Source: Octopus bimaculoides
Taxonomy: Eukaryota
Assembly (NCBI RefSeq): GCF_001194135.2
Contig: NC_068989.1
Location: forward strand, 10,228,094-10,292,093
Reading direction: 5' to 3'
Length of the DNA: 64,000 nucleotides
Position numbers and translations under genes: made by a program. Under the pieces are notes generated by a model. It was not told the DNA's origin. It worked only from the letters and a program-made list of their open reading frames with translations, and did not search any database. Shown here piece after piece: positions 25,975 through 36,759 of the stretch. Every line of letters begins with the position of its first letter. Positions within the stretch are counted from its first letter, which is position 1.

Positions 25975-26215
25975 CAAATGGTGGTAGTGGGGACAAACAC
26001 AGACAGACATTTATGTATGTGTGTGCATGTGTGTGTGTGTGTGTGCGTGCATGCACATGTGCCTGCATACATGAGGCTTCCACGCAGTTTCCATCTCCCA
26101 AATTTATTCACCTGGAGCCTTAGCAGAAGACACTTGCCCAAGGTGCTATGCTGTGGAACCAAACCCAAAACCACATGGTTGCATACTGAGCTTTGTCACC
26201 ACATAGCCATGCCTG
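25975..26215 (-). mobile_element. Family A SINE, 5' part (diverged)
   Basis: gggacaaacacagac-(TG)n-agtttccatc...agaagacacttgcccaaggtg...ccacatagccatgcct. Confidence 0.7.
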
Positions 26216-27630
26216 GTTGGGGGGGGGGGGTCTTTTTATTAAGAGAGTGAAAAAAAAAAGAAAGAAAGCAGTGACCATGACCTGCATTAACACACCCACC
26301 CAATCACTCATCACTCACTGAACAGCAAGAACAAAATGTGGAATGCATCGTAAATTTACATATCTTTCTTCCACCGATGAATTTTTATGTAGTTCTTAAA
26401 CACACAATGTAACGCCTGCGGAGACTTTCCTGCCGAAGATCTATGAATGAACATACAATATTCACTTGGTCGTTATGCTTCCACAGAATTTGATTACATA
26501 TTTGACTGAACAAATAATTACATTGAGCCCATAGATAACTAACGGAAAACTAATGAAATATCAAAGCGGTAACAGGGATTTATGATAAACAAACAAAAAT
26601 GTGATCTAAATATTATAGTAAGTTAAAAATACACATTCCCATCAGATCACAAAAGAAAACAAAATTACGTCTTATTTCTTTTTTTTTGACTATGAGAATT
26701 TTGTGTTTGAAGGCGAAAATATTGTTACTTTTTTTTTGTTGATGTTTCTTTTTTTTTTTTTCTCACAAGTTGGGAGTGTTCCAGGTTAACGTGATTTGAT
26801 TTAACACGCCATACTTCCTACCGAATAGTAACAAGCAATCCTAGCCAAGACACTTTCCCAAGTGGCTAAAAATTTCACAATAGTCTAACCATCGCAAGCA
26901 TGGAAAAACAGGCTTGTTGTTGTTGTTGTTGATGATGATGAATTAAAAACACTGTAATGGAGACACCCACCAGCACTTCTAACACAACCAGCATTACCAA
27001 AGTAACTATATAGATATAAACAAATAACTTTTTTTTTTTAAATAACCAAAATTCTTGAAAAAAAAAGAATAAACAGTTTCTGATTTAGGTACACAATTTT
27101 TAGGGAAAGGTTCAGTTGATATCATTGGCCCCCTAGTACTTCACTGGTACTTTATTTTATTGACCCCAAAAGGATGAAATACAAAGTTGAACTTACACAT
27201 ACATACACACATTCTTCTACTTCTCCTTTTTTACATCTTACTTTACCAAGCCGATATGGATTGAGTGGGGTCATTATAGTCCCTGTCATCCAGCATACAC
27301 AGTAACAGAAAACCAAACAACTTTGGTGTTACGTATTTTATAAGAACATGCTTTATCACACCATTGGCCTTAGGCAGGACTTTCTTTGTAGGGGAAGCTA
27401 AAGGATGCCCTCTACTCTGCATCATTTCTCATTTGGAATTACTGCCTCCCTAGATGGTAGTCTGCAATGTTACTTGACGAGTCCCTGTCCCATATATAAT
27501 ATTTTTAACAAGTTTTCTATGGTCAGATGCCCTTCTTATCACAACTACTTTACTCTGTACTAGATGCACCTTCTAATGCCACTAGGACACGAGAGACTGT
27601 CCCATTTAAAGGAAATTAAGTGACCCTCTG

Positions 27631-27890
27631 TGAAGGCTCAGGGTTTAGTGATACAGATGTTGCACTCATAAGCATTAGGTCATGATTTGGATTCCCAGAC
27701 CAGGCAGTGTGTTGTGTTCTTGAGCAAAACACTTTCGTTTCACATTGCTCCAGTTCACTAATTTGCAAAATAAGTTATAGTAATAGATGGGAAGTTAAAC
27801 CTGCAACAGACCAGTGTCCTGTGCAAGAGGGAACATTGTAACCTCAGCTGTACATATGCCATGGGGGTCAGGTTAAACTCTAGCCATGAG
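27631..27890 (+). mobile_element. tRNA-headed SINE with a CORE-like central module (diverged)
   Basis: gtgttgtgttcttgagcaaaacactttcgtttcacattgctccagttcac is shared with 30305 and 40858. Confidence 0.65.
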
Positions 27891-28121
27891 TCTGTCATAA
27901 CAGACCTAAAAGGAACCTTCTACCTTGTTGGGCGGTTTTACATTATCACTTCTTAATGACAAAAAATAAATAATAATAATAATAATAATAGTAATATTGT
28001 ATTTTGGGATGGTCATTTTCTTCTTTTTTTTTTTGCCAAATAAACACACGCACTATGTATTTTTTTCTTCACTCATTTATTATTGTTCTGATTTTATTAT
28101 TTTCACTCATTTACTTATTTC

Positions 28122-28447
28122 ATTGAGCCCAAAAGGATGAAAGGCAAAGTTGACCTCGGCAGAATTTGAACTCAGGAAGTAACGGCAGACGAAATACCGC
28201 TAAGCATTTCGCCCAGCATGCTAACGCTTCTACCAGCTCACCACCTTAACTATTTCAAATTTTTGCCACACATCAGCTTGGGGAATGTGGGGATTTGTCG
28301 ATTACATCAACCAAAGTATGTAACTGGTACTTATGTAATTGACCCAAAAGGATGAAAGGCAAAGTTGACCTCAGCAGAATTTGAACTCAGAACATGGCAG
28401 CAGGCATTTCGCCCAGTGCACTAACGATTCTGCCAGTTCACTGCCTT
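28122..28447 (-). mobile_element. Two tandem family B SINE copies
   Basis: aaaaggatgaaaggcaaagttgacctc(g/a)gcagaatttgaactcag occurs at ~28131 and ~28347. Confidence 0.85.
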
Positions 28448-28694
28448 TTTTAATAATACTAATAATAACAACAGAAACTGATAGTATTAGAAGATTAAGA
28501 ACAGAAAAGAAGGTGAATACAAATATCTGATGATAAAAATGAGAGGAAATGGTAATTTTATCTATGCATCAGCTGTGATCTGCACCTGTGCACCCAACTC
28601 AACTCCTTCAACATTCCTGTAGTATGGCAGCAGTCTGTCTGCTGCCAGACCCTAAAACAAACTTTATATAACAACCAGCAACTACAGGAACATA

Positions 28695-28737
<43 letters not shown>

Positions 28738-29393
28738 TGCATCACTTTGTTTAGAGACGAGATTAAATAGATTATTATATGATAATTATTTCCATTTTAA
28801 TAAGTTATTTATGCTTTAAACTATGTATGAATTAAAATGAGATTTCATTTTTATTCTTTTAAATGAAGTAAGTTTAAACACAAAAAATTTTAATTATTGA
28901 CAGTAATAATAAAGCCACAAAAATGGACACTTAATTTAAGAACATTTCATATTATTTAACAGAGTGCAAATATGTGATTCAATAAAAAAAATACTAATGA
29001 AATTTTTTTCCATATAAAGTGTATGCATTTCTTGATAGAATTAAATATTTTATTTAATGGAAAATATATATATATACATATGTATATATACATATATATA
29101 CATACACACACTGAAGGACGACGGGAATATCATAAGAGGGACCAGCCTCCTCTGTCAGTTCATAGCATCCATCTTTCCGGTGTCTGTTCCTAAAGAGGAG
29201 ATAAGCACTCTGAAATGCATGCATCCAACCGTCCGGTTAGGGGGCGCTGTGAGCTGACTTGATATGTTTACACCGTTCTCTTTACAGCAAAGAGATTTTC
29301 TCCATGACAATATACAGTGAATAGCTTTCTTGTGGGTCTGAATATGCCTCAACCATATTTGAACTGGTAACAAGTTTATTTATATACATATAT

Positions 29394-29704
29394 CATCATC
29401 ATCTTTTAACGTCTGCTTTCCATGCTGGCATGAGTTGGACAGTTTGACTGAGGACTGGCAAACCAGGAGGCTGCACTAAGCTCCAATCTGTTCTGGCAAT
29501 GTTTCTACAGTTGGATGGTCTTCCTAATGCCAACCCCTCTGAGAGTGTAGTGGGTGATTTTTGCATGCCACTGGCATGGGGGCCAGTCCAGCCGCGCTGG
29601 CATCAACCACACTCGAACGGTGCTTTTTACTTGCCACTGGCACAGGAGCCAGTCAGGCAGCACTGGCATCAACCATGTTCGAATGGTGCTTTTTACATGC
29701 CACT

Positions 29705-29708
<4 letters not shown>
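29394..29708 (-). mobile_element. Family C repeat
   Basis: (cat)n tail, RTE-like module, and internal ~60-bp repeats of tttttac(t/a)tgccact. Confidence 0.85.
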
Positions 29709-29761
<53 letters not shown>

Positions 29762-29762
29762 T

Positions 29763-29965
29763 ATTATGATTGACCGTTGACTGAACACTATTCAATTTTT
29801 TTTCTCCGTGTTTTTCTCCTTGTCTCCGTATTCTTTCTGTTGAAGAGCGTAGCTCGAAACGTCAAAGACTTTCCGTATTCCCGAGCGTCATACTAATATA
29901 TACTTTTGTTATTTACACCACCTGTCCTCGTCTGTTGTTATTATTTGTATATTCTCCCATATATA
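29763..29965 (+). mobile_element. Penelope-like element terminal (pLTR) fragment between (TA)n tracts
   Basis: Contains ctgttgaagagcgtagctcgaaacgtc, matching the TGAAG...CGAAACGTC signature of PLE ends; both flanks are TA microsatellite. Confidence 0.65.
29832..29868 (+). ncRNA. Minimal type-I hammerhead ribozyme motif (variant core)
   Basis: Stem I UCUUU/AAAGA; core CUGUUGA plus an extra A; stem II GAGC-GUA-GCUC; GAAA; palindromic ACGU helix III; GUC site at 29861-29863. The core has U where A6 is canonical. Confidence 0.6.
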
Positions 29966-29982
29966 TATGTATATATATATAA

Positions 29983-30135
29983 CCAGTGTTGGTGTGTTTA
30001 TGTCCCCATAACTAAGCAATTCAGCAAAAGTGGCCTGATAGAATAAGTACTAAGTACTGGAGTCAATTCATTTGACTAAAATTCTTCAAGGCAGTGCCCC
30101 AGCATGGCCTCAGTCCAACGACTAAAACAAATAAA
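29983..30135 (+). mobile_element. Family A SINE, 3' half
   Basis: aaccagtgttggtgtgtttatgtccccataact...gtgccccagcatggcc. Confidence 0.75.
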
Positions 30136-30232
30136 TGATAACAGCTGTCTTAGAGTGCTGGATGTTCATATCCTTATAGAATATTTTAAAAGTAATTTAC
30201 AGACAAGTGGCATAAGTTAAGTAGGATGGATC

Positions 30233-30437
30233 AACTGGAAACAGAAGCTGCATCACAAACTCAGCTCAAATGGAAACTGAAGCTGCATCACAAACTCAGC
30301 TCATTTTTGCCAGCTGAGTGGCCTGGAGCAACGTGAAATAAAGTGTCTTGCTCAAGGACACAACGCATCACCGGGAATCGAACTCACGACCTTGTGATTG
30401 TGAGCCGAATACCCTAACCACCAAGCCACACAGCTTC
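30233..30437 (-). mobile_element. CORE-like tRNA-headed SINE with a ~34-bp tandem duplication at its distal end
   Basis: The minus-strand head tggcttggtggttagggtattcggctcacaatcacaaggtcgtgagttcgattcccgg has A/B boxes; gaagctgcatcacaaactcagctca occurs twice (30244, 30278). Confidence 0.8.
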
Positions 30438-30989
30438 ATATAACATAAGAAATGTAGCAATAAATCTTCACGTGTGGTGATGATTATAAAATGATATTGT
30501 AAATGAATTTTGCACAGTGGATACAAAATGTCACAGCTCTTTCTGGTTTGAATAAATGAAGGATATTATAAATATAAAAAAATAGCAAAGAAAATCATAC
30601 ACAAGTGAGTATACATATATATATATATATATATACACGCACACGTACGTGCATGCACACACACACACACACACACTGATACCCATGTCAAATTCTTTAA
30701 TTTAGTAACCATATCAAAAATGTTTACATTTCTCATGAAAAAATAAACGTATCAGAAATAAAACAAAATTAAATTAGAATAAAAAAAACTAAAAAACTGA
30801 TCTAAATAAAAGATACAAACAATACCCTTTTTTCTCAATAAAAAGATTTACATTTTCTCTCTTTTTTTTTCTAGTAGTGTAAATGTGTATTTTGTTTTGT
30901 TATGAGGCGGTTTTGTTTTTTTTTTACATTTATAGTAGTGTAGCTGAGAAGAATTTAAACAATAATATAAATTGAACTGATTTACTTAC

Positions 30990-31046
30990 TTCAGTCACAT
31001 TCATAACTTTAATAGCAGCGAGTTGCCCAGTTTTAGTATGGCGACC
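30990..31046 (-). CDS. msn: Internal 57-nt coding exon (phase 0-0) of a Misshapen/MAP4K4/TNIK/MINK1 (GCK-IV STE20) kinase: GRHTKTGQLAAIKVMNVTE
   Basis: Minus strand reads gtttttgctttttttttttgtag|GGT CGC CAT ACT AAA ACT GGG CAA CTC GCT GCT ATT AAA GTT ATG AAT GTG ACT GAA|gtaagt, with a strong polypyrimidine acceptor and a consensus donor. The peptide matches, from recall, GRH(V/T)KTGQLAAIKVMDVTE of msn/MAP4K4/TNIK, and the same 19-codon exon boundaries occur in the vertebrate genes. It is below the ORF-track length cutoff. Confidence 0.94.
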
Positions 31047-31610
31047 CTACAAAAAAAAAAAGCAAAAACAACAATGAGTACACATGAGCATCATTTGGCA
31101 AATATGTGATTCAAATCAATATCATATTAAAAACACAAAACATGACAAAAATGTAGAGACAAAGATATTTAGATAAGAACAAAGAGTCGGGAGAACTCTT
31201 TCCACTTTTTATAATCATACATTGGAGAATAATTCAATTAAATGAGAGGAAACAAAAAAATAATTCAAAATGATAATTGTGTGTAGTAACTACAAGACAA
31301 TATAACTTTATTGCTACTGTTTTGTACTAGGTTACCTAGTAACACGCTACAGTGAGGATAAGGTGGAATGGTTAAGTATGTGACATTTTATGACAATGAA
31401 AAATGGGCTATACAATCAGAAGAATTGAAATAATTGGTAAAGCACAAATGAATTGCGCATGATCAGTTGAATGTACAATATAGCCTTGAGAGAAAGGTTC
31501 AGCATAGAATTTTAAAAAAAAAAGAAAACTGGACACTTAAAATGTGTTTGCTAGTACAACTGCACTAAGTATGCTGTCATGTATAAACTGGTGTGAGTAC
31601 ATGCTGAATG

Positions 31611-32010
31611 GGTGGTGGCACAATGGCCCAGTGGTTAGGGCAGCGGACTCGCGGTCATAGGATCGCAATTTCAATTCCCAGACCGGGCGTTGTGAGTGTT
31701 TATTGAGCGAAAACACCTAAAGCTCCACGAGGCTCCGGCAGGGGATGGTGGCGAACCCCGCTGTACTCTTTCACCACAACTTTCTCTCACTCTTACTTCC
31801 TGTTTCTGTTGTGCCTGTAATTCAAAGAGTCAGCCTTGTCACACTCTGTGTCACGCTGAATATCCCCGAGAACTACGTTAAGGGTACATGTGTCTGTGGA
31901 GTGCTCAGCCACTTGCACGTTAATTTCACGAGCAGGCTGTTCCGTTGATCAGATCAACTGGAACCCTCGATGTCGTAAGCGACAGAGTGCCAACAACAAC
32001 AACAACAACA
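31611..32010 (+). mobile_element. tRNA-headed SINE, family D, full length with (AAC)n tail and 12-bp TSD
   Basis: TSD acatgctgaatg at 31599-31610 and 32011-32022; head tggcccagtggttagggcagcggactcgcgg...ttcaattccc. Confidence 0.92.
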
Positions 32011-32744
32011 ACATGCTGAATGAAGAAAAGACACAAGCAGGAAAGTATGTACAAGAAATGTCTAACTTCATAAAATGTTTATCCAAGTTTATTTGCCTCA
32101 AGTTATGTCATACTGATGATTCCAGAAAAGGATGAAATAGCACTATACGTGGCTACCAACATCTAGAAACTTTGAGGTCTTTAGAATGTGTAAAAAAAAT
32201 TTTAAATGTGTAAATTCTGTATACTCTCTTTACTCTTTGACGTAAATGTCAGACTTTGAAATCCACTACAACTTAGCTAAATCTAGAAGGGATTGTCTCC
32301 CTAATCATAGCTGGCCACAAGGGGCACACCACATTTGTTATACAGGATCAGTATAGAGCAAGAAATAACTGGAATGAAGTGGCTTGATCAGAGCAAAGAA
32401 GGTTCAACATCTTTCCGATTAAAGAAAGCAAAATACTCAAAACTTCATAAGAAAATAAACAGTGAAAAGATGCTGAACTATAGATCAGTTTAACCAGATT
32501 CAACATAATTAAACTGATGGTGATATTAATATGTACATGCGTCACTATGCTATAGGGTTGGCCAAAAGTCACCCAACAGTAAATCAAAATTCCAGAAATA
32601 CTTAATATTCAATTTTATTTATTCATTCTAATTATGAATGTTTAATAATTGAATGATGTGAGTTAAAATCACCTTTCTTTTTCTTTTTTTTTTCAACATT
32701 TGTCTATTTATTAGCAAAGTCTCATATAAAATGATATTTCCTTC

Positions 32745-32852
32745 TAATCTTGGAATTATTCTATCAGCCTCTTTTGCTGAACTGCTAAGTTACAGGGATG
32801 CAAACACACCAACATCGGTTGTCAAGCGATGGTGGGGAGGACACATACACAT

Positions 32853-32897
<45 letters not shown>

Positions 32898-33048
32898 ATG
32901 GGCTTCTTTCAGTTTCCATCTACCAAATCCACTCACAAGACTTTGGTCAGCCTGAAGCTATAGTAGAAGACACTTGCCCAAAGGTGCCACACAGTGGGAC
33001 TGAACCCAGAACCATGTGGTTGGGAAGCAAGCTTCTTACCACACAGCC
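32745..33048 (-). mobile_element. Family A SINE
   Basis: ttattctatcagcctcttttgctgaac...(CA/TA)n...cttcttaccacacagcc. Confidence 0.85.
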
Positions 33049-33304
33049 AGCAACTGAAACAGGCTCTCTCAAAGAATGCTATTGGAAACCTATGCAAGTG
33101 AACATTGAAAAACGAAATAGGAATTCTGAATGAAGTATCGATAACACTAGTTATTAAACATGAAACGGAAATGGGGTGGGGTTCATCAGGATAAAATAGT
33201 AATGAAAGGGCTTTACAGATTTAAAATAGTTGAGAACCATTACTCCATGTAAAACAGTGAAATGCAATCTCTCAAACTTTTTTCCAATATCTACCCAGCC
33301 TTCT

Positions 33305-33342
<38 letters not shown>

Positions 33343-33753
33343 CTCAAAGTTTTAATCATTTAGAGCACCAAATGAATTGAGGTGGGGTGCCAAATTACGT
33401 TAACTCCATGCAGTGTCTTCATTCAACACATTCAACATGACAAATAACTTCCTGCGAGATAACAAGACTCTAATAGTCAGACAGCATTCTATCTGAAGCA
33501 AAGTGATGTGTTTGAAAGAAAAAAAAAAAAAAACACAGAATTGAAGANNNNNNNNNNAAAAAAAAAAAAAAAAAACACAGAATTGAAGAGACAGCAATGA
33601 TTGAATGAAAACAATGACAGCGACCATCTGATGACAGAAGAACTGCAAGTGACGGTTCTTAACATCACATTGACAGCTGATAACAATGTAGCTCAGTGGT
33701 AAGATTTCAGGCTCCAGTAAGATAGAAGCTTTAAATATTTTATTAGTCATTGA

Positions 33754-33799
<46 letters not shown>

Positions 33800-33867
33800 A
33801 ACCCTCTGTTAAGCTTGAGAGCTGATAACACAGTACAATGTATTTACTACAATATTAATCTATCCTC

Positions 33868-33948
33868 AGGAGGCGCAATGGCCCAGTGGTTAGGGCAGCG
33901 GACTCGCGGTCATAGGATCGCAGTTTCGATTCTCAGACCGGGCATTGT
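33868..33948 (+). mobile_element. Family D SINE, head only
   Basis: aggaggcgcaatggcccagtggttagggcagcggactcgcggtcataggatcgc...; truncated at ~33948. Confidence 0.8.
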
Positions 33949-33949
33949 C

Positions 33950-34275
33950 CTCTCAATGATTAACCGGAGATGATTTTTTAAAATGAGAATATCTGAAATA
34001 AACTTGACTGCTCTCACAAATGAGAATACTAAAAATGAACCTGACCACTCAAAAATTAAGTAAAAAAAAAAACAGAAAAATAATCCAGAATCCTTGTTTG
34101 GTACCGGATCGATCCCAAAATCTAATCAATTCATGCCAGTCACGAGGCCAAACATCCCTGAAAGTTTCATCCGAATCCATCCAGCAGTTCTTGAGATATC
34201 TTGTCCACAGACAAACAAACAAACAAACATGACTGAAAACAATATCTCTGCCTTTGCTAAGGCAGAGGTAATAAG
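33950..34275 (+). mobile_element. Helitron/Helentron-associated (HINE-like) non-autonomous element, 3' end
   Basis: aaagtttcatccgaatccatcc...cagacaaacaaacaaacaaac, then a 9-bp palindrome ctctgcctt-tgct-aaggcagag (34246-34267) and gtaataa. The architecture fits HINE/DINE-like elements; the family assignment is inferred. Confidence 0.55.
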
Positions 34276-34600
34276 TAAGTTTGACACAAAATGTATATAA
34301 TAATTAGAATAAAATACCTATAATCTAAATATCAAATAGTATCAAACTGCCCTCAGTGTGTGTTTGTCTTGTAAATATATCCAAGTCAGTAAGTCTGTGA
34401 GCAAAGTGATTATTAAAATCTGAAAGACCAACACAAAAATATAAAAGGTCTATAATAACTGTAGTTAACCTATCAAAAATGGCTTCACCAGACAGTTCTC
34501 AAGGAGACATCAGTGCATAGCTTCACTGTGTACATCTATGCAGCAAGAATGATTTCAATTGTATCTGACATGTAAATAGCTTCCAGTGTGTGTACGAAGT

Positions 34601-34644
<44 letters not shown>

Positions 34645-34655
34645 AGTATATACAT

Positions 34656-34694
<39 letters not shown>

Positions 34695-34727
34695 AGGAAA
34701 TTTGCTACAATCTTATGTTTGAAATGC

Positions 34728-34977
34728 TTAACTCTTTTGATAAGCAACTCACCAGAGACCATTTCTGGTTCTGCAAGGCAAAACTGCCAATGTTTAAAGT
34801 CTTCTTATCTGAATTAAAAGTTTCTTCCATATAATCTCATATCAGTACTTTGTTTCAAACATGGCATAATTATTTCAAAAATGTTATCCTATTCAATCAC
34901 TGGAAATTCTAGTTATTTTCAAAATGAATTGAAACGCACAAACAATGTACTGCTGTTAGTTATCATCAAAGAGTTAA
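34728..34977. mobile_element. piggyBac-like MITE, second family
   Basis: ttaactcttttgata...tcatcaaagagttaa; the 5' end resembles the units at 51625-52354. Confidence 0.7.
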
Positions 34978-35066
34978 AGCTAAAATAAAGAATTATTCTA
35001 AAATGCTCAATGTGAAGTTACACTCAAAGTCTCATCTATAAATTCAACCAAAGAACAGTGAAAATA

Positions 35067-35098
<32 letters not shown>

Positions 35099-35697
35099 TA
35101 ATCTTTCTTTTCTTTTTTACTTGCTGGATCTTGAAGATAGCTTATCACTGACTTCATACTCTTATGGGATACAGTTTGAGATATCTGCATGCGCAGCAAC
35201 TCTATTTCAAACATGAGGGCACTACTGCAATTGTGGGCCTCACATAGACTCTGTAGAGTATCCAATAATTGTTGAGGGCTGAAGAGAATGACCAGTCACT
35301 GGAATATGATGCTAGTGATGTTAAGGAATATGCTTTCATCAGGAGAGATCCTCTGTGATAGTGGGTGAGACCCAACAAGAAGTGATTGTCAGGGATTCTA
35401 GTCGCATGCTCTAAGCCTAAAACTTCCACTGTAATACTTGATTGGAAGAGAGATGGATACAGAGAACAAGTATCACTGCAAATGGAAGATTATCCACAAA
35501 TTCACAGAAACAGAAGAAGGATAGGACACAGCATTATATGTGAACTATTAGTGACTGAACAAAAACACTGTGTTCATAAGTAATTTGACATCAAACATCA
35601 TAAAATACACTAATGCTTTATAGTAACTTTAACTCTTCCCTGTCCATATTTCTGATGAAATACACTGCTTGCCTATGTGTCTCAATATTAGTTTTGT

Positions 35698-36465
35698 TTA
35701 ACCCCTTGCCTGCCATGAGCCCCATTTGGGGATCTGCTAAAAACAGTCTCACTGTCAGTTGTTCATTGTATTTGAAGTGAATTGCTTATCTACATTGCAT
35801 CTGCAGAGGTGTGTTTAACAATATTTAGTTGTTAAAGTTTGTCATTATTAGCTCTGGCTAATTCTAGAGGACATTTTGTTTCATAAATCGCAATTTATGA
35901 ACAACAAAAGTATTGACTGCTTTGAAAACTTTTTTTTTCTTTTTCTTTTTTGCATTTCCTATCTATATCATTCATTGAGATTTCATACACATTCGCATTT
36001 GATACTATAGTTTGAAAAAAAAACTAAACTGCTTATTATTGCAATTGACTAGAAAAGGGTAGATATGCTTTTTTTTTCAGCGATCCCCATTTGGGACTTT
36101 TCGAAAAATTTATTATAATTTCCAAAATAATTCACATATGAAGAAAATTTAAATACTATATATTCTTTTCTACTCGAGGCACAAGGCCAGAAATTTTGGG
36201 GAAGGGGGCCAGTCGATTAGATCGGCCCCAGTATGTAACTGATACTTAATTTATCAACCCCGAAAGGATGAAAGGCAAAGTCAACCTCAGCAGAATTTGA
36301 ACTCAGAACGCAAAGACAGACAAAATACCGCTAAGCATTTCACCTGGCATGCTACTGTTTCTGCCAACCCGCTGCCTTTTAAACTCTATATATTATTTTA
36401 ACTCCTAACACACCTGGCCAGAGCCAAAAAAATATGAATAAAAAAATTTGGGGGTTAATGGGTTA
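35698..36465. mobile_element. Possible TTAA-bounded non-autonomous element with a family B SINE inside
   Basis: ttaacccctt at 35698 and gggggttaatgggttaa at ~36450-36465; ccccatttggg is repeated at ~35722 and ~36085. Confidence 0.35.
36172..36378 (-). mobile_element. Family B SINE, near full length
   Basis: ccccgaaaggatgaaaggcaaagtcaacctcagcagaatttgaactcagaacg...ctgccaacccgctgcc. Confidence 0.85.
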
Positions 36466-36759
36466 ACTTTAGCATTTAGTTGTTTTGTTTTTGTTTTCTG
36501 TTGTTGTTTTTTCATATACCTACTAGAATTGGGATAGATAGGATAGAGTTTCCATCCAAGCATGGTATTGTGAGAGCAATGCTCTGGTATATAAAGTGAA
36601 TTTGTACTTTAGATATTGTTACTAAGGTTACGTTTCATTCAGAAAGAAACTACACAAAATTGAAATGGAGATAAAAATTTCCTAATCATTTCATAATTTT
36701 ATGACAGAAATTATTTTAAAAGAAAAATAAAATAAACTGTTTAAATTTATTTTATAAAT

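Larger units (their letters stand above)
1..30989 (-). other. Intron downstream of the kinase exon (at least 31 kb unless the next exon is in an N-gap)
   Basis: The expected next exon (DEEEEIKLEINxLKKYSxHRNIATYYGAF...DQLW) was not found by eye. The gaps at 1543-2060 and 22368-22964 are large enough to hide it. Confidence 0.6.

Noticed and set aside
29110-29140. CTGAAGGA as a second hammerhead core
   Set aside because: No stem II or GAAA follows.
31611-31690. tRNA-like sequences here and at 17990, 30360, 33868, 40858, 56842 and 62550
   Set aside because: They have A/B boxes but run straight into multicopy SINE bodies without a closed acceptor stem, so they are SINE heads, not tRNA genes.
33500-33590. 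Direct duplication around a 10-N gap (also at 16950-17060)
   Set aside because: Identical sequence on both sides of a fixed 10-N spacer is a contig-overlap assembly artefact.
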